DNA of 33,240 nt from contig NC_068988.1 of assembly GCF_001194135.2 (NCBI RefSeq), forward strand, positions 24,591,260 through 24,624,499, in the 5' to 3' direction. Position numbers and translations under genes: made by a program. Shown here one piece after another: positions 20,904-32,419 of this stretch (its first letter is position 1; each line of letters starts with the position of its first letter). Under the pieces are notes generated by a model. That model worked only from the letters and a program-made list of their open reading frames with translations. It was not told the origin of the DNA and did not search any database. The DNA is from Octopus bimaculoides. Its lineage: Eukaryota.

Positions 20904-22205
20904 TATATATATATATATATGAGTGTTTATAATCTCAAATCTTTACATAAGTCACCAGGAGGCAAACTAAAATGATGTAATAATCGGATCGGCTAAATAC
21001 TTATACAACTGTACATTGTAACGCAAAAGCTCTGAGCAAACAACTGACATATCTTGTTTTTACAGCTTAAGGGAAATCTAACAATAAATTAAGCATTTTC
21101 TACATCCAAATATATTTTTTTGAGCATATATAATTTCTTACGAAAGATAAAAAAATAATGTTCACTAATGATTGACCCTTAGGCCGTGGCTGGAACAAAA
21201 AAAAATCGAAAATAGCTCATGTATCGTGCATAAAGAAGTGTGAATTTATAGAATGGATTTTATGTTTCATTTATTGGCTGAGAGATAAGCTGTTTAGCAA
21301 TATTTACTGTCAACACGTTCATGTATAGATAAGACGGTGTTTTTAACATCATTCATGACCCGAGTTTAATGCAGATATCATGAAATATGTTGAGGTCTTG
21401 TCTCAACAGCTTTCATAAAACATATTCTAACCGTTCAGTGAAAAACTACATAACCATTTCGGTACGTCACAGGTGAATGTGTTAATGTATGCCACCGAAA
21501 TATATTTAATAGCATATCTGTAATATTCCAAGTTCGAGTCGCGCCGATGTCGACTCTACGTTTCAATTCTACATTGTTTAAAAAGACATTTCTCATTTTT
21601 TTATAAATATATTTTTACACCTTTAATCTTGGTAGAATTTTTTTTTTTATAACATGTAGTTGCATTGCCTTTCGGTATTTTGTATCATCCCTTGGGCATT
21701 TGCAGAAAAGGAAAATCTTGAATCTGCTGCTTCCGCATATTTCCAGATGTCTGTTCAGCGGGAAGTTGCACAATTCTTTTTGTTGGATGTCTTGTATATG
21801 GACTCTTGCACGTTGGTAGTGAGAATTGTTGGCTAGTAGTTGTTTTGGAGATTGTGACCCAACAACTATTGGCCTCAGTTTGAGATCAGTGATTCTTAAT
21901 ATGTACTGGTTTTGAATCTCCGAAAAGAAAAACAAGAAAAAAAACGATAGCGCTAAATAAATAATTTGTATTCAAATCCCGACTACCTCCTTTTTCTTAA
22001 TATATAAAATCTGTACCCCACTTCGAAAAATCTATATATTTATATATATACTTTTCTCGGTGGATTACGTGTTCATTTCTCTTTTTGTTATCTGCAATTT
22101 TATTTTTGATTTTCTATATATATGAAGATTTTTCCTCCGTCTGGCTGTTTTTCTTTCTACAAAACGGAAAGTTATTGTGGAACAGTCATTTTAACGAGTT
22201 ATTTA

Positions 22206-22308
22206 TCACCCGACGAGATGCATCTGCACCACCGGATGCTCCTGAAACAGTTGTTGAGTGTCCCACCCAAGAGGAATCGATACTAGATGTGTCGAAACAA
22301 TCGTCGTG
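22206..22308 (+). ncRNA. Two tandem decayed hammerhead-like motifs
   Basis: CCGACGA...GCATCTG/CGGATGC hairpin...GAAAC-AGTTGT, and CAC-CCAAGAG...GAAAC-AATCGT-C-GTG. Each stem III is one change away from a palindrome (ACAGCTGT, ACGATCGT); both cores are damaged. Confidence 0.4.
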
Positions 22309-22385
22309 ATTGATAATAAATTCTCGTATATTCCATCTTCTGTCTTTCATTTGTTATACACACACATGTACGTACATGCAATAAA

Positions 22386-22389
<4 letters not shown>

Positions 22390-22469
<80 letters not shown>
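22390..22469. repeat. Long (TG)n microsatellite
   Basis: Read directly from the sequence. Confidence 0.95.
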
Positions 22470-22480
<11 letters not shown>

Positions 22481-23777
22481 ACGTGTGTATGTCCTGGGTA
22501 TGAATTAATCTGCATCTGGTAATGGGGTCTTAGCACGGCAGTACCAGGGTTTTGGAGAGTGTGGAACCATCTCGTTACCATTAGTATTCTCAGGTCTTCT
22601 CTGACTCGAAGTGTCCCAGCTATGGGTTAGTTACCGTGGGAGCCACTGGCAATGAAGAACTCTTAGTTCGCGTTAGATCTTCCTTGTAGGAGAAGGTTAA
22701 CTTGTATGAAAATTCCTGAAGACTTACTGAGTTTAGGAAATGGTTCTTACTCGGCCAACCATTTATATATGCACATATAAATATAGACACATCTTGTCAA
22801 AAATGACAGCTTTTAACTTATGACATATAACTTTTACTTGTCCTGTGAACTTTTGACGCCACAGGCGAACTTAGATCCCATCGATTTACTGCCCACAACC
22901 TTAACTATGGGAGGCCATCGAAGACGTAATTGAAAATGTAAATGGTTCCATTATCGAATATTTCCGTTCTTTTAAATACTTCAGTATTCTGTCAGCGTTA
23001 TTTAAGTATACAATATATTCAATATACAGACGGTGATTGATACCTTAGACAGAGAAATAATGCTACTCTCCAGAAATTTTAGCAAATCAAAACAGTTTTC
23101 TCTAACGTGAGTTAGATTTGCATTCACATGGCGTCAAATATATGGACGATCAGTGGGTGAAGCATATGACAATATTTTAACTCATATTTCCGAGTTATAT
23201 CCAGTTTCATGACTTTTCTTTTATATTATCTTTATTGATTACTTTAAAATTTAATCTTGGCATTTCATAATGAAAGTATTTAAAGAACGGAAATATTCCA
23301 TAATAAAATTATTTACATTTTCGATTATATCTTTGATATCCTTCCATAATTAAGGTTGATGACAGTAAATCGATGTGACCTGTGTCAGTCAGTAATACCA
23401 AACAGCTCAATGGTAGTCTTAGGAATTTAATTAAAAATGATGTTACGATATTGACAAAACTATTTCAATATTATTTATAAAATTTTGTAAGATTTACATG
23501 TAATTATCGTTATTCCAGTAAGTTTGTAGTTTTCTTTTTAAGTGGAAATATTGAAAGTAAAACTTCGTGCTCAAACTCATTCACTGTTCCACTTTTCGTT
23601 GGGGCAGACTGATAAACACCTCCTAATACGTCTCACTTTCATTTTACTTCTATCTTAATAATTCTCATTTGGCAGTATTCTACTTCCATACTATCTCCTT
23701 ACCGCACCCCCCCCCAAAAAAAAAAAACAATACGTTTCTACTGTATGTGGATATGCATTATATATATATATATATAT

Positions 23778-24485
23778 NNNNNNNNNNNNNNNNNNNNNNN
23801 NNNNNNNNNNNNNNNNNNNNNNNNNNNNNNNNNNNNNNNNNNNNNNNNNNNNNNNNNNNNNNNNNNNNNNNNNNNNNNNNNNNNNNNNNNNNNNNNNNNN
23901 NNNNNNNNNNNNNNNNNNNNNNNNNNNNNNNNNNNNNNNNNNNNNNNNNNNNNNNNNNNNNNNNNNNNNNNNNNNNNNNNNNNNNNNNNNNNNNNNNNNN
24001 NNNNNNNNNNNNNNNNNNNNNNNNNNNNNNNNNNNNNNNNNNNNNNNNNNNNNNNNNNNNNNNNNNNNNNNNNNNNNNNNNNNNNNNNNNNNNNNNNNNN
24101 NNNNNNNNNNNNNNNNNNNNNNNNNNNNNNNNNNNNNNNNNNNNNNNNNNNNNNNNNNNNNNNNNNNNNNNNNNNNNNNNNNNNNNNNNNNNNNNNNNNN
24201 NNNNNNNNNNNNNNNNNNNNNNNNNNNNNNNNNNNNNNNNNNNNNNNNNNNNNNNNNNNNNNNNNNNNNNNNNNNNNNNNNNNNNNNNNNNNNNNNNNNN
24301 NNNNNNNNNNNNNNNNNNNNNNNNNNNNNNNNNNNNNNNNNNNNNNNNNNNNNNNNNNNNNNNNNNNNNNNNNNNNNNNNNNNNNNNNNNNNNNNNNNNN
24401 NNNNNNNNNNNNNNNNNNNNNNNNNNNNNNNNNNNNNNNNNNNNNNNNNNNNNNNNNNNNNNNNNNNNNNNNNNNNNNNNNNNNN
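23778..24485. other. Assembly gap
   Basis: N run flanked by TA repeats. Confidence 1.
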
Positions 24486-24803
24486 ATATATACAGCTTTA
24501 GCAGTTGAACTCAGAATAAAAAGAACTATAAATAATAGCGTAAAAATATTGGGTTAAAACCCTTCTGTTTTAAAAAAATGTCAACATAGGTAACTATACA
24601 CCCCCACCCCACTTCAATATGTATTGATCACGTCTCACTCATTTGTCCGACATGAACCTATCGCTTAGAGATAGTGATACTAAAAACCTGGTATTAGATC
24701 TCAATATACATATGTTTCCGTATAAAGCGTTAGTCGACTGGAGAGTGTAGTATGAAACTGAATAAATGAAATGAGGACAGAAAATTATGCAATGAATTTC
24801 ATT

Positions 24804-24895
24804 AGCTTACAGCTCTTTCTGCTATAAGATGCACTCTATACAGTGCACTCAGAGCTGAAGGCATTGCATCGTATTGCAGAAACAGCTGTAAGTTC
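24804..24895. ncRNA. Inverted repeat carrying hammerhead-like 3' halves on both strands
   Basis: 24804-24832 and 24866-24894 are inverted copies (25/29). Plus strand has GAAAC-AGCTGT-A-AGTTC. Minus strand has AGCT-CTGAG...GAAAG-AGCTGT-A-AGCT. Confidence 0.55.
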
Positions 24896-26510
24896 ACCAA
24901 GTTCATTGCATGATTTCCTGTGCCTTGGAATTTACTTACCTAATTACACATACACGCAGATTATTATCCGAAGGAGATTAAGTTCTCTTTTTTAGCACAT
25001 CGGGTGTGAATATGCTATTTTAATGTCTTAATGATAGAGTGTGAAAACATTTAACAGTTTATAATTTGAGTTTCGATAAGCGATATTAATTAATATATTG
25101 AAATTCGAGAGTCTTTCGATGAAATTCACATAATAATAACTACTCTTGTTAAATATGATGGAAATTTCTGTCATAACCTTCAGAGGATTTTTCGAAAGTT
25201 GTACGTGATAAATGTAATTATAATTAACAACCTTAAAGGCGGAACAGCGATAATTGTAGAAGCCAATTTCTTTAGTTATGAAACTTACTTTTATAATAAA
25301 TGAAAATAAGCAATAAATGTTCTCAAGCAAATGGAAATTTAAATCTAAATGGCTGCATTTCAGACTGGAAAGCGCCAGCTCTAAGTTACAAGTTTACTTG
25401 TTTACAATGCTTTAGAAAGAAGAAAACGCTCGAAATCTTAAAAATTAAATATACTGTAATTAGATATAATTTATATGCATTTCGAATAAATGAAAAATTT
25501 GTAAGTCCAAATCCGAAAGTTCCAGAGTTATGATTAATTAGGAACATTTGTAGGATGCCAGAATTTCAAGAAAGCTGTGTGAAATGTCTACAAGTTCCAA
25601 ATGGGAGTTGAAATATTTTAGTAGTTTTTGTATTGTGTAACAGTGTATCGCTGTAGGAATCTGTTAACTCCATTGATGCATCGTCTGCTTTTATGTCATA
25701 TTCGCTATATTTTGTAATCAGTGATGTTGGCTTTAAGTAGCCACACATATTTCATTAGAGCTGCGTGTGTTTCTATTTATCTCTAAACGAAGTAGTACGT
25801 TTAGCACGTCTTTATTTGAATGTCCCTCTAATCATTCTAATATTTTTTATTTTAGTTTTCCCGTTTTTGCTTTTAGAATTGACCCCAGTTTTATACATAA
25901 CTGTCTTTGAAGTTTCAAGCGTGGATAAGTGCACTCAACAGATATAGGCATCAGGTTTAATGGTTAAAATATTTTGTTTCGGGTTCAATCATATATCACT
26001 AAAAATCAATTTCCACTGAAGATGGTCTTAGAAAGGGGGATGTGAGGCTTGGGCAGTGTTTGCTTAACTATTCAAAGAAACTGCCTTTACTTTCTTTTAC
26101 GTTTAAAGAAAAGAGGACTTACACGCACACATATATATGAATAGAGATTGATTCACTTATGTAGGTAACTGGAAACGAGCGTATTACTTTCCTTATCTCT
26201 AACCAAACAGTTCATGTAATAGAAACATTTGACATGTTGAAAAATAGAATATCGCTTGTTCCTAGGTACATTGATAAGAACATGAATGTAAAGTGTTTGT
26301 GTATATACAGAATTATATAGATTTTTTTTTAGATCCCTGAAACGATTCACAGTTATGTATCGCAATGTTGAAACGAATCTACTTTTAACAAAAGTAGATA
26401 TTTTTTTAGATATAATAATATCTTTTAACAAAAATACTGCGTATGACGTTATAAATGGGCTGAATTCAGTGATACAGTTAAAAAGTTTATGAGTCCAATA
26501 TCAAAAGAGG

Positions 26511-26870
26511 CAAAGCGGTGAGCTGGCAGAATCGTTAGCGTGCCGAACAAAATGCTTTATGGCGTTTCTTCCGGTTTTACGTTCTGAGTTCAAATTTCGT
26601 CGAGGTGACCTTTAACTTTCAAAAATTTCAGGCCTCGAAAATTTCCGGCCTAGTGCCTATAGTAGAAAGACAATTAAGAAAGGCAAAAAGGTAGTCTTGC
26701 GGAATTAAGTTATATCCCGTTTACGTTCTGAGTTCAAATTTTCCCGAACTATTACTTGCATTTTATCCTTTCAGGATCGATAACATAGAATATCAGTGAA
26801 GAACTGTTATCAATTTAATCGACTTTACCGTCCACCAAAATTTAAGGCCTGTATTAACACCAGAAATCAA
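26511..26870 (+). mobile_element. SINE family B (variant tail), two diverged units
   Basis: gcggtgagctggcagaatcgttagc, and ttacgttctgagttcaaattt twice. Confidence 0.8.
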
Positions 26871-27562
26871 TACTGGAAGTATTTTTTCTAAAGTTTTGTT
26901 CGTACAAATATTACTTAATCACAACAGTTGTTAACAATGATGTAATTTCAACAATGTCAGTAAATTTAAGTTTAGCCCAAACACTATTTCGGGTTATATG
27001 GAAGAATTCGAGATCTGGAATTCCATCAGGGATAAGATATCAATAATGGCAGCAAGTTTGCTTTTATTGATATCTCACTACTTTCTCCACTGTAGCGGAA
27101 AATATACGCATTCATTGTTAAAACTATTGGCGTAGCAGAACACTCCAATATCTCCAAGCTTACTGAAAGCCAGCATCAGAGCAATGGGGAAAAGAAAGTT
27201 ATAGTCAATAAGATTTGTACCGCAGTGGGGCTTACCGAGATATTACAGAACTGATGTTGTTTAAAGTTCGCTATAAATGTTGTAAGTCAACATCTGCATG
27301 AAAGATATGGTTAGGTGTGGACTTTCGAAGGACATGGTTCTGGGGTGGCAGGACGGGGCGTAGCGGTTATAAAATTCATGTAGATTATTACTTTATTTAC
27401 ACAATGATACAACGTTGTATATTTGCTAATGTATACTTGATAAATTATCAAATTAACAATTATCGAAGCACGATTTGGGCCACATGAATATATGTGTGTG
27501 AGCATACTTATACATATTTATTTATTAAATATATTACATAGACACACACACACACACACACA

Positions 27563-27870
27563 NNNNNNNNNNNNNNNNNNNNNNNNNNNNNNNNNNNNNN
27601 NNNNNNNNNNNNNNNNNNNNNNNNNNNNNNNNNNNNNNNNNNNNNNNNNNNNNNNNNNNNNNNNNNNNNNNNNNNNNNNNNNNNNNNNNNNNNNNNNNNN
27701 NNNNNNNNNNNNNNNNNNNNNNNNNNNNNNNNNNNNNNNNNNNNNNNNNNNNNNNNNNNNNNNNNNNNNNNNNNNNNNNNNNNNNNNNNNNNNNNNNNNN
27801 NNNNNNNNNNNNNNNNNNNNNNNNNNNNNNNNNNNNNNNNNNNNNNNNNNNNNNNNNNNNNNNNNNNNNN
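27563..27870. other. Assembly gap
   Basis: N run between (CA)n and (TA)n. Confidence 1.
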
Positions 27871-27962
27871 TATATATATATGTATTGCATGTATGTATGT
27901 ATGTATGTATGTATGTATGCATGTGTGTGCGTGCGTGCGTGTGTGTATGTTTGTGTGCCTAT

Positions 27963-28152
27963 GTTTGTCTCCCATAACATCGTTTGACAACGGATGCTTG
28001 TCTCTTTACGTCCCTGTAACGTAGCGGTTCAGAATAAGAGACCGTTAGAATAAGTACTAGGCTTACAAAAGATAAGTCCTGGGGTGAGTTTGCTCGACTA
28101 AAGGCGGTGCTCCAGTATGACCGCAATCAAATGACTGAAACAATTAAAAGAA
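27963..28152 (+). mobile_element. SINE family C, 3' half
   Basis: gaataagtactaggcttacaaaagataagtcctgggg...gctcgactaaaggcggtgctccag...aaatgactgaaac. Confidence 0.85.
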
Positions 28153-30618
28153 TAAAAAATATGTAAGTATGTATGTATGTATAATGGAATGAAAGTTACT
28201 GGAAAGACCAACAACATTATCTTTTATCTTGTAGTTCATCATCATCAACATCTTGCTTGAGTAATGAAAAACTTATCCAAATTGATATACTAGGGAACAC
28301 CTTAATATATTAGACTTCTCTCCCGCAAATGTGTTGCCTGATATGCATGCTTGAAACGAATATTAATCAAGACTGTTTATCAGCATAAATCTGAAAGATG
28401 GCTTTCACAGAGACATACATGAGGCTTTATAAAAAAGCTAAAACTGAAAATGCAAAATGCATCATTATAAATTTGAGAAATATTTAGTAGTACATCACAC
28501 GTCAAACCTACAGAGTTTAACAGTCATGGAATAATATCCATTATAATTGATATCTTATATAAATGACAAGAATGCAAGGATATAGTCTCTGTCGTCATAG
28601 AATCACTTTGGATTACGAAAACAATTTATTGGTAATTAGGCGTGCTCTAGGGAAGTCACAAGAATAACAGCTGCGTGTATATCTTAAATAGGGAATCGTT
28701 AAACGATTTGAAAAATTGTATATACAGAGGGAAAATAAGTGCAATGCGCATTTCAACTGGAAATGCTCGGTGTGTACTGGTCAAAACCATGATGGTAATT
28801 AAAGAAAAAAGCAAATAAACAAAAAACAAAAAAAAAACTGTAAAACATTAATGAGATAGACACCGTTACAACTTTCCTACCTTCATTAGCAGTAGGGTGC
28901 GGAAGAAAAACCTATGGACGAAATTTTTGTCGTACCCTGTAATGTGAAGTACAGTCCTCCACAAACTGTTTTGTGTTTGTTCACTGGAGCCTGCTTTTGG
29001 GAAATGTAATATATTTTTACACAATTGAAGCTTATCCAAGCCCAGGTCTTATTATGCCTCTCTGGAATGGTACAAAAAAAAAGTCATCACACTCCTTCGC
29101 ACACGCACAAAAAAAGATTGTTCCGTATTGAAACTTTGGATATTATAGAAACCAAAAACTATTGTTAAAATAAGAGTGCAAACGAAGGAAAGAAAATTGT
29201 ATTTTTATATATAGACTTTTCTTTATTTCTGAACTGTGAATGATTGACGGAAAAAGAAATAAAAATTAACCGATCAACCGAATAAGGCTACCATCATTAA
29301 AGGGAATTGCGAAGTGCAAATTATATTTGGTTGTAAGAAATGTTAATATCATGGAGACAATATAGCTCAACATCACTTGATATCAACGATCTGCTATATT
29401 CTGAAGGCGTACTTGTTTTATATTAGATTTCTAATTGTTCAATATAAAATTCTAAAAATAAATACGTGAACTGGAAATGAATAAATGAAGAGGGGAGAGG
29501 TATAAGTGAAATAAAATCGATAGATATTTGGGTCAGCTTTCATCAATTTTTTTGAAAAGAAGAATATCGCCAACAAGCTCTAAAAGATATTACAGAGAAA
29601 ATAAAAGTTGTGACAAAAAGCTAATATACGTTTTAATAGAGGAAATAGAACAAAAATTCAAGACGAAGACAGGAAACATAAAATGATAGCAAACAACGGA
29701 TCAACTGATATCACTAAAAACGGAATGCTTGGACATAATGAAATCAAATTATAACGACAACTAAAATGTGTTGAAGAACATCAGCAAAATGATGTGCTAA
29801 ATGTATTTGACTCAAAACATTAGTGATCGGTCAACTGAGGTCGAAAACTTGAACATAGCAGAGACAGTGATTATAAGATACAACTAAAAATAGATTTGGA
29901 ATAGCATAAAATTTTGTACTAAGTTTTCAACAAATAAAAGATAAGGGAAAAAAATTAATGGAAATACCGAACAGGAAAGACAGAACAGGTTATTGCTAAT
30001 ACCGACTAAACTATTTAAGAATGCATTTTCACTTGACAAGATATATTTTTCAATGCATAGCAATGTAGTCCATAGAAGATAACAATTGGTAGATGTATAT
30101 TTATTGAGATAGATAGCGCAAAGGATTCCTTAAATAAACAACTACAGACTGGAAGTTTGTCTAGCGTTGATGTGGCTTCTGAACCACGAAGTTGATCACT
30201 GGCGAGCAATACTGAAAATGGAATGGTTATAGCTTAAATAACTGGTGAGATACCAAAAGAATGCATCCATTACTGGTGATCATTAAGTTCTGATGGGTGG
30301 ATTATCAAAAAAAGATAATCCAATAGGATCCGGCAATACTAGTTTCTCTAGCATAACTGAAGTTTCGTGTCTTCAAACAGGATAATAGTAGAATTGACAA
30401 CATTAAAGGTGAAGTTTTGGTGAGTCGATTTGACATTTTCCGATGAGTATCCGAGCGTACTTAATGAGATATTTTCCAAGGAGATTCACCAGCCACCATT
30501 TTTATCTGTTAGTAACTTGTTAACTCTTTTGTATTAAACCCTATATTACTACTGCAGGTAGTAACCCGCTACCCACATAAATCCTACCGGGTATAAGACC
30601 AAATCTGAGATAAACCAA

Positions 30619-30619
<1 letters not shown>

Positions 30620-30654
<35 letters not shown>

Positions 30655-30783
30655 CATAATACTACTACTACTACTACTACTAATAATAATAATAATAATA
30701 ATAATAACAATAATAATATATAAAGGACTCAGGTAGCTCAATCGTTCACTAGATGACAATGGCACTCTTCTTTTAATTTTGAT

Positions 30784-30823
<40 letters not shown>
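30620..30823. repeat. (AAT)n/(ACT)n microsatellite cluster
   Basis: Read directly from the sequence. Confidence 0.95.
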
Positions 30824-30825
<2 letters not shown>

Positions 30826-31560
30826 TCAAAACCAACATCTGTTATTTGTTATATTAATTATTTACTCCATATTTAATATAACAATATCTTGAAACAAAAA
30901 GACATTGCCGACAAAGAAGTAGAAAGTGATATTTAAATTAATCGTAGAAATTTCAAGGATGTAGAGATGCTGGGCAACAGACGTGAACGTGATATCCGTT
31001 ATCACCTGAGGATTAAATTTACTTCCCAAAATCTACCGCATCATCTGGAACAAACATACAAACAATCTAAAAGTCCCAACCACACTTTTCCACTTATAAT
31101 TGACAGTGATTTATTGTAGAATGAAATGACAACAAAAATAATGATGATTTTTAATGTTATTTTTTGTTTTTATTATTAACATTAATAATGATATCAATAA
31201 TAATAATAATAATAATAACAACCATAGTAGTAAAAATTATAATCGTGAACTTCACGATATATTGTTTTTTTTTTCTTCTGCCGCATCTTTTCCAGTTGGT
31301 CATGTGATTTCGTCTTTGCTTCTTTAAAATTTCAGGACGATGTTCAGAGGGGAAAAGTGAAGGAATACTCAGTTACACACACACACGCACACACACACAC
31401 ACGTGTGTATATAACCGAATTCTGGGAGTTTTCTTGCTTCTTGGACCTCTTAAGCAGCCATACATCAGTGTGTGTTTCAAAAGGTGTTAAATCTGCAAAC
31501 ATGCAATTTCCCATTTCCTTTTCACGTTGAATTTATTTTATGAATTTATATATATATATA

Positions 31561-31772
31561 ACCTCGTGCATATTGTTGGCGATTTTTTCTTCCTCCGTCT
31601 TCCCTTCTTTGGACTTTCCTATATTTCCGACGAAGAGCTCTGCTCGAAACGTCAAATTCTCTTTCTTTCCAATCCTGAGCTGTCCAGTAACACAATATCT
31701 GTATCATGTCCTCGCGTTGTTGCTTTCTGTTGTTTTTTTTTTGTGGTTTTTCTTGTTTGAACTCACTATGTA
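31561..31772 (+). mobile_element. Putative Penelope-like pseudo-LTR relic between (TA)n tracts
   Basis: About 210 bp containing a minimal hammerhead motif, bounded by TA repeats at 31547-31560 and about 31776-31787. Confidence 0.55.
31623..31657 (+). ncRNA. Minimal type-I hammerhead motif with loopless stem III and a U4-to-C core variant
   Basis: ATTT-CCGACGA-A-GAGC-TCT-GCTC-GAAAC-GT-C-AAAT. Stem I AUUU/AAAU, 4-bp stem II, palindromic ACGU stem III, GUC triplet. Confidence 0.75.
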
Positions 31773-32046
31773 TACATATATATATATTTCTTGTTGTATG
31801 TAGAGTTACTGAAGCAAAATTCATTGAAATAGGTTACTGAGCAGCGAATTTCCACAGACTTGGCGAGTTTTGCTTGGTGAAATGATGGAGTGAAAGACAT
31901 CTGGAGATGGAATAGATAGACAGATAGATAGAGAGGTAGATAAGTCGGAAGATAGACATATAGATTCATATCTAGATTTATACGTGTGAGAGTGTGTATG
32001 TACGCATCTTCGTGTGCGTTGTGTTTGTGCGTGCTTTTGTGTGTGT

Positions 32047-32419
32047 NNNNNNNNNNNNNNNNNNNNNNNNNNNNNNNNNNNNNNNNNNNNNNNNNNNNNN
32101 NNNNNNNNNNNNNNNNNNNNNNNNNNNNNNNNNNNNNNNNNNNNNNNNNNNNNNNNNNNNNNNNNNNNNNNNNNNNNNNNNNNNNNNNNNNNNNNNNNNN
32201 NNNNNNNNNNNNNNNNNNNNNNNNNNNNNNNNNNNNNNNNNNNNNNNNNNNNNNNNNNNNNNNNNNNNNNNNNNNNNNNNNNNNNNNNNNNNNNNNNNNN
32301 NNNNNNNNNNNNNNNNNNNNNNNNNNNNNNNNNNNNNNNNNNNNNNNNNNNNNNNNNNNNNNNNNNNNNNNNNNNNNNNNNNNNNNNNNNNNNNNNNNNN
32401 NNNNNNNNNNNNNNNNNNN
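32047..32419. other. Assembly gap
   Basis: N run. Confidence 1.

Noticed and set aside
21615-21935. 106-aa minus-strand ORF with a pyrimidine-rich acceptor-like start
   Set aside because: No recognisable domain and no donor site; it ends in an A-run.
22622-22631. ATGG|GTTAGT as a first coding exon
   Set aside because: Its only proposed partner exon was rejected, and there is no promoter evidence.
22853-23139. 10-bp inverted repeat tttgacgcca/tggcgtcaaa
   Set aside because: Too short, with no TSD.
24813-24887. Apparent 75-nt exon (LSAIRCTLYSALRAEGIASYCRNS) with a GTAAGT donor
   Set aside because: The donor is the GTA-AGTT of the hammerhead-like motif, and the segment lies within an inverted repeat, which explains it without a gene.
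25566-25748. 60-aa minus-strand ORF of natural-looking composition
   Set aside because: No recognisable family and no convincing splice sites.
22727-26030. CTGAAGA...GAAA at 22727 and at 26009
   Set aside because: Neither has a pairable stem III or a cleavage triplet with a matching stem I.
30241-30330. SLSSDGW peptide resembling a hAT catalytic motif
   Set aside because: A seven-residue match in a frame with several stops and no other supporting motif.
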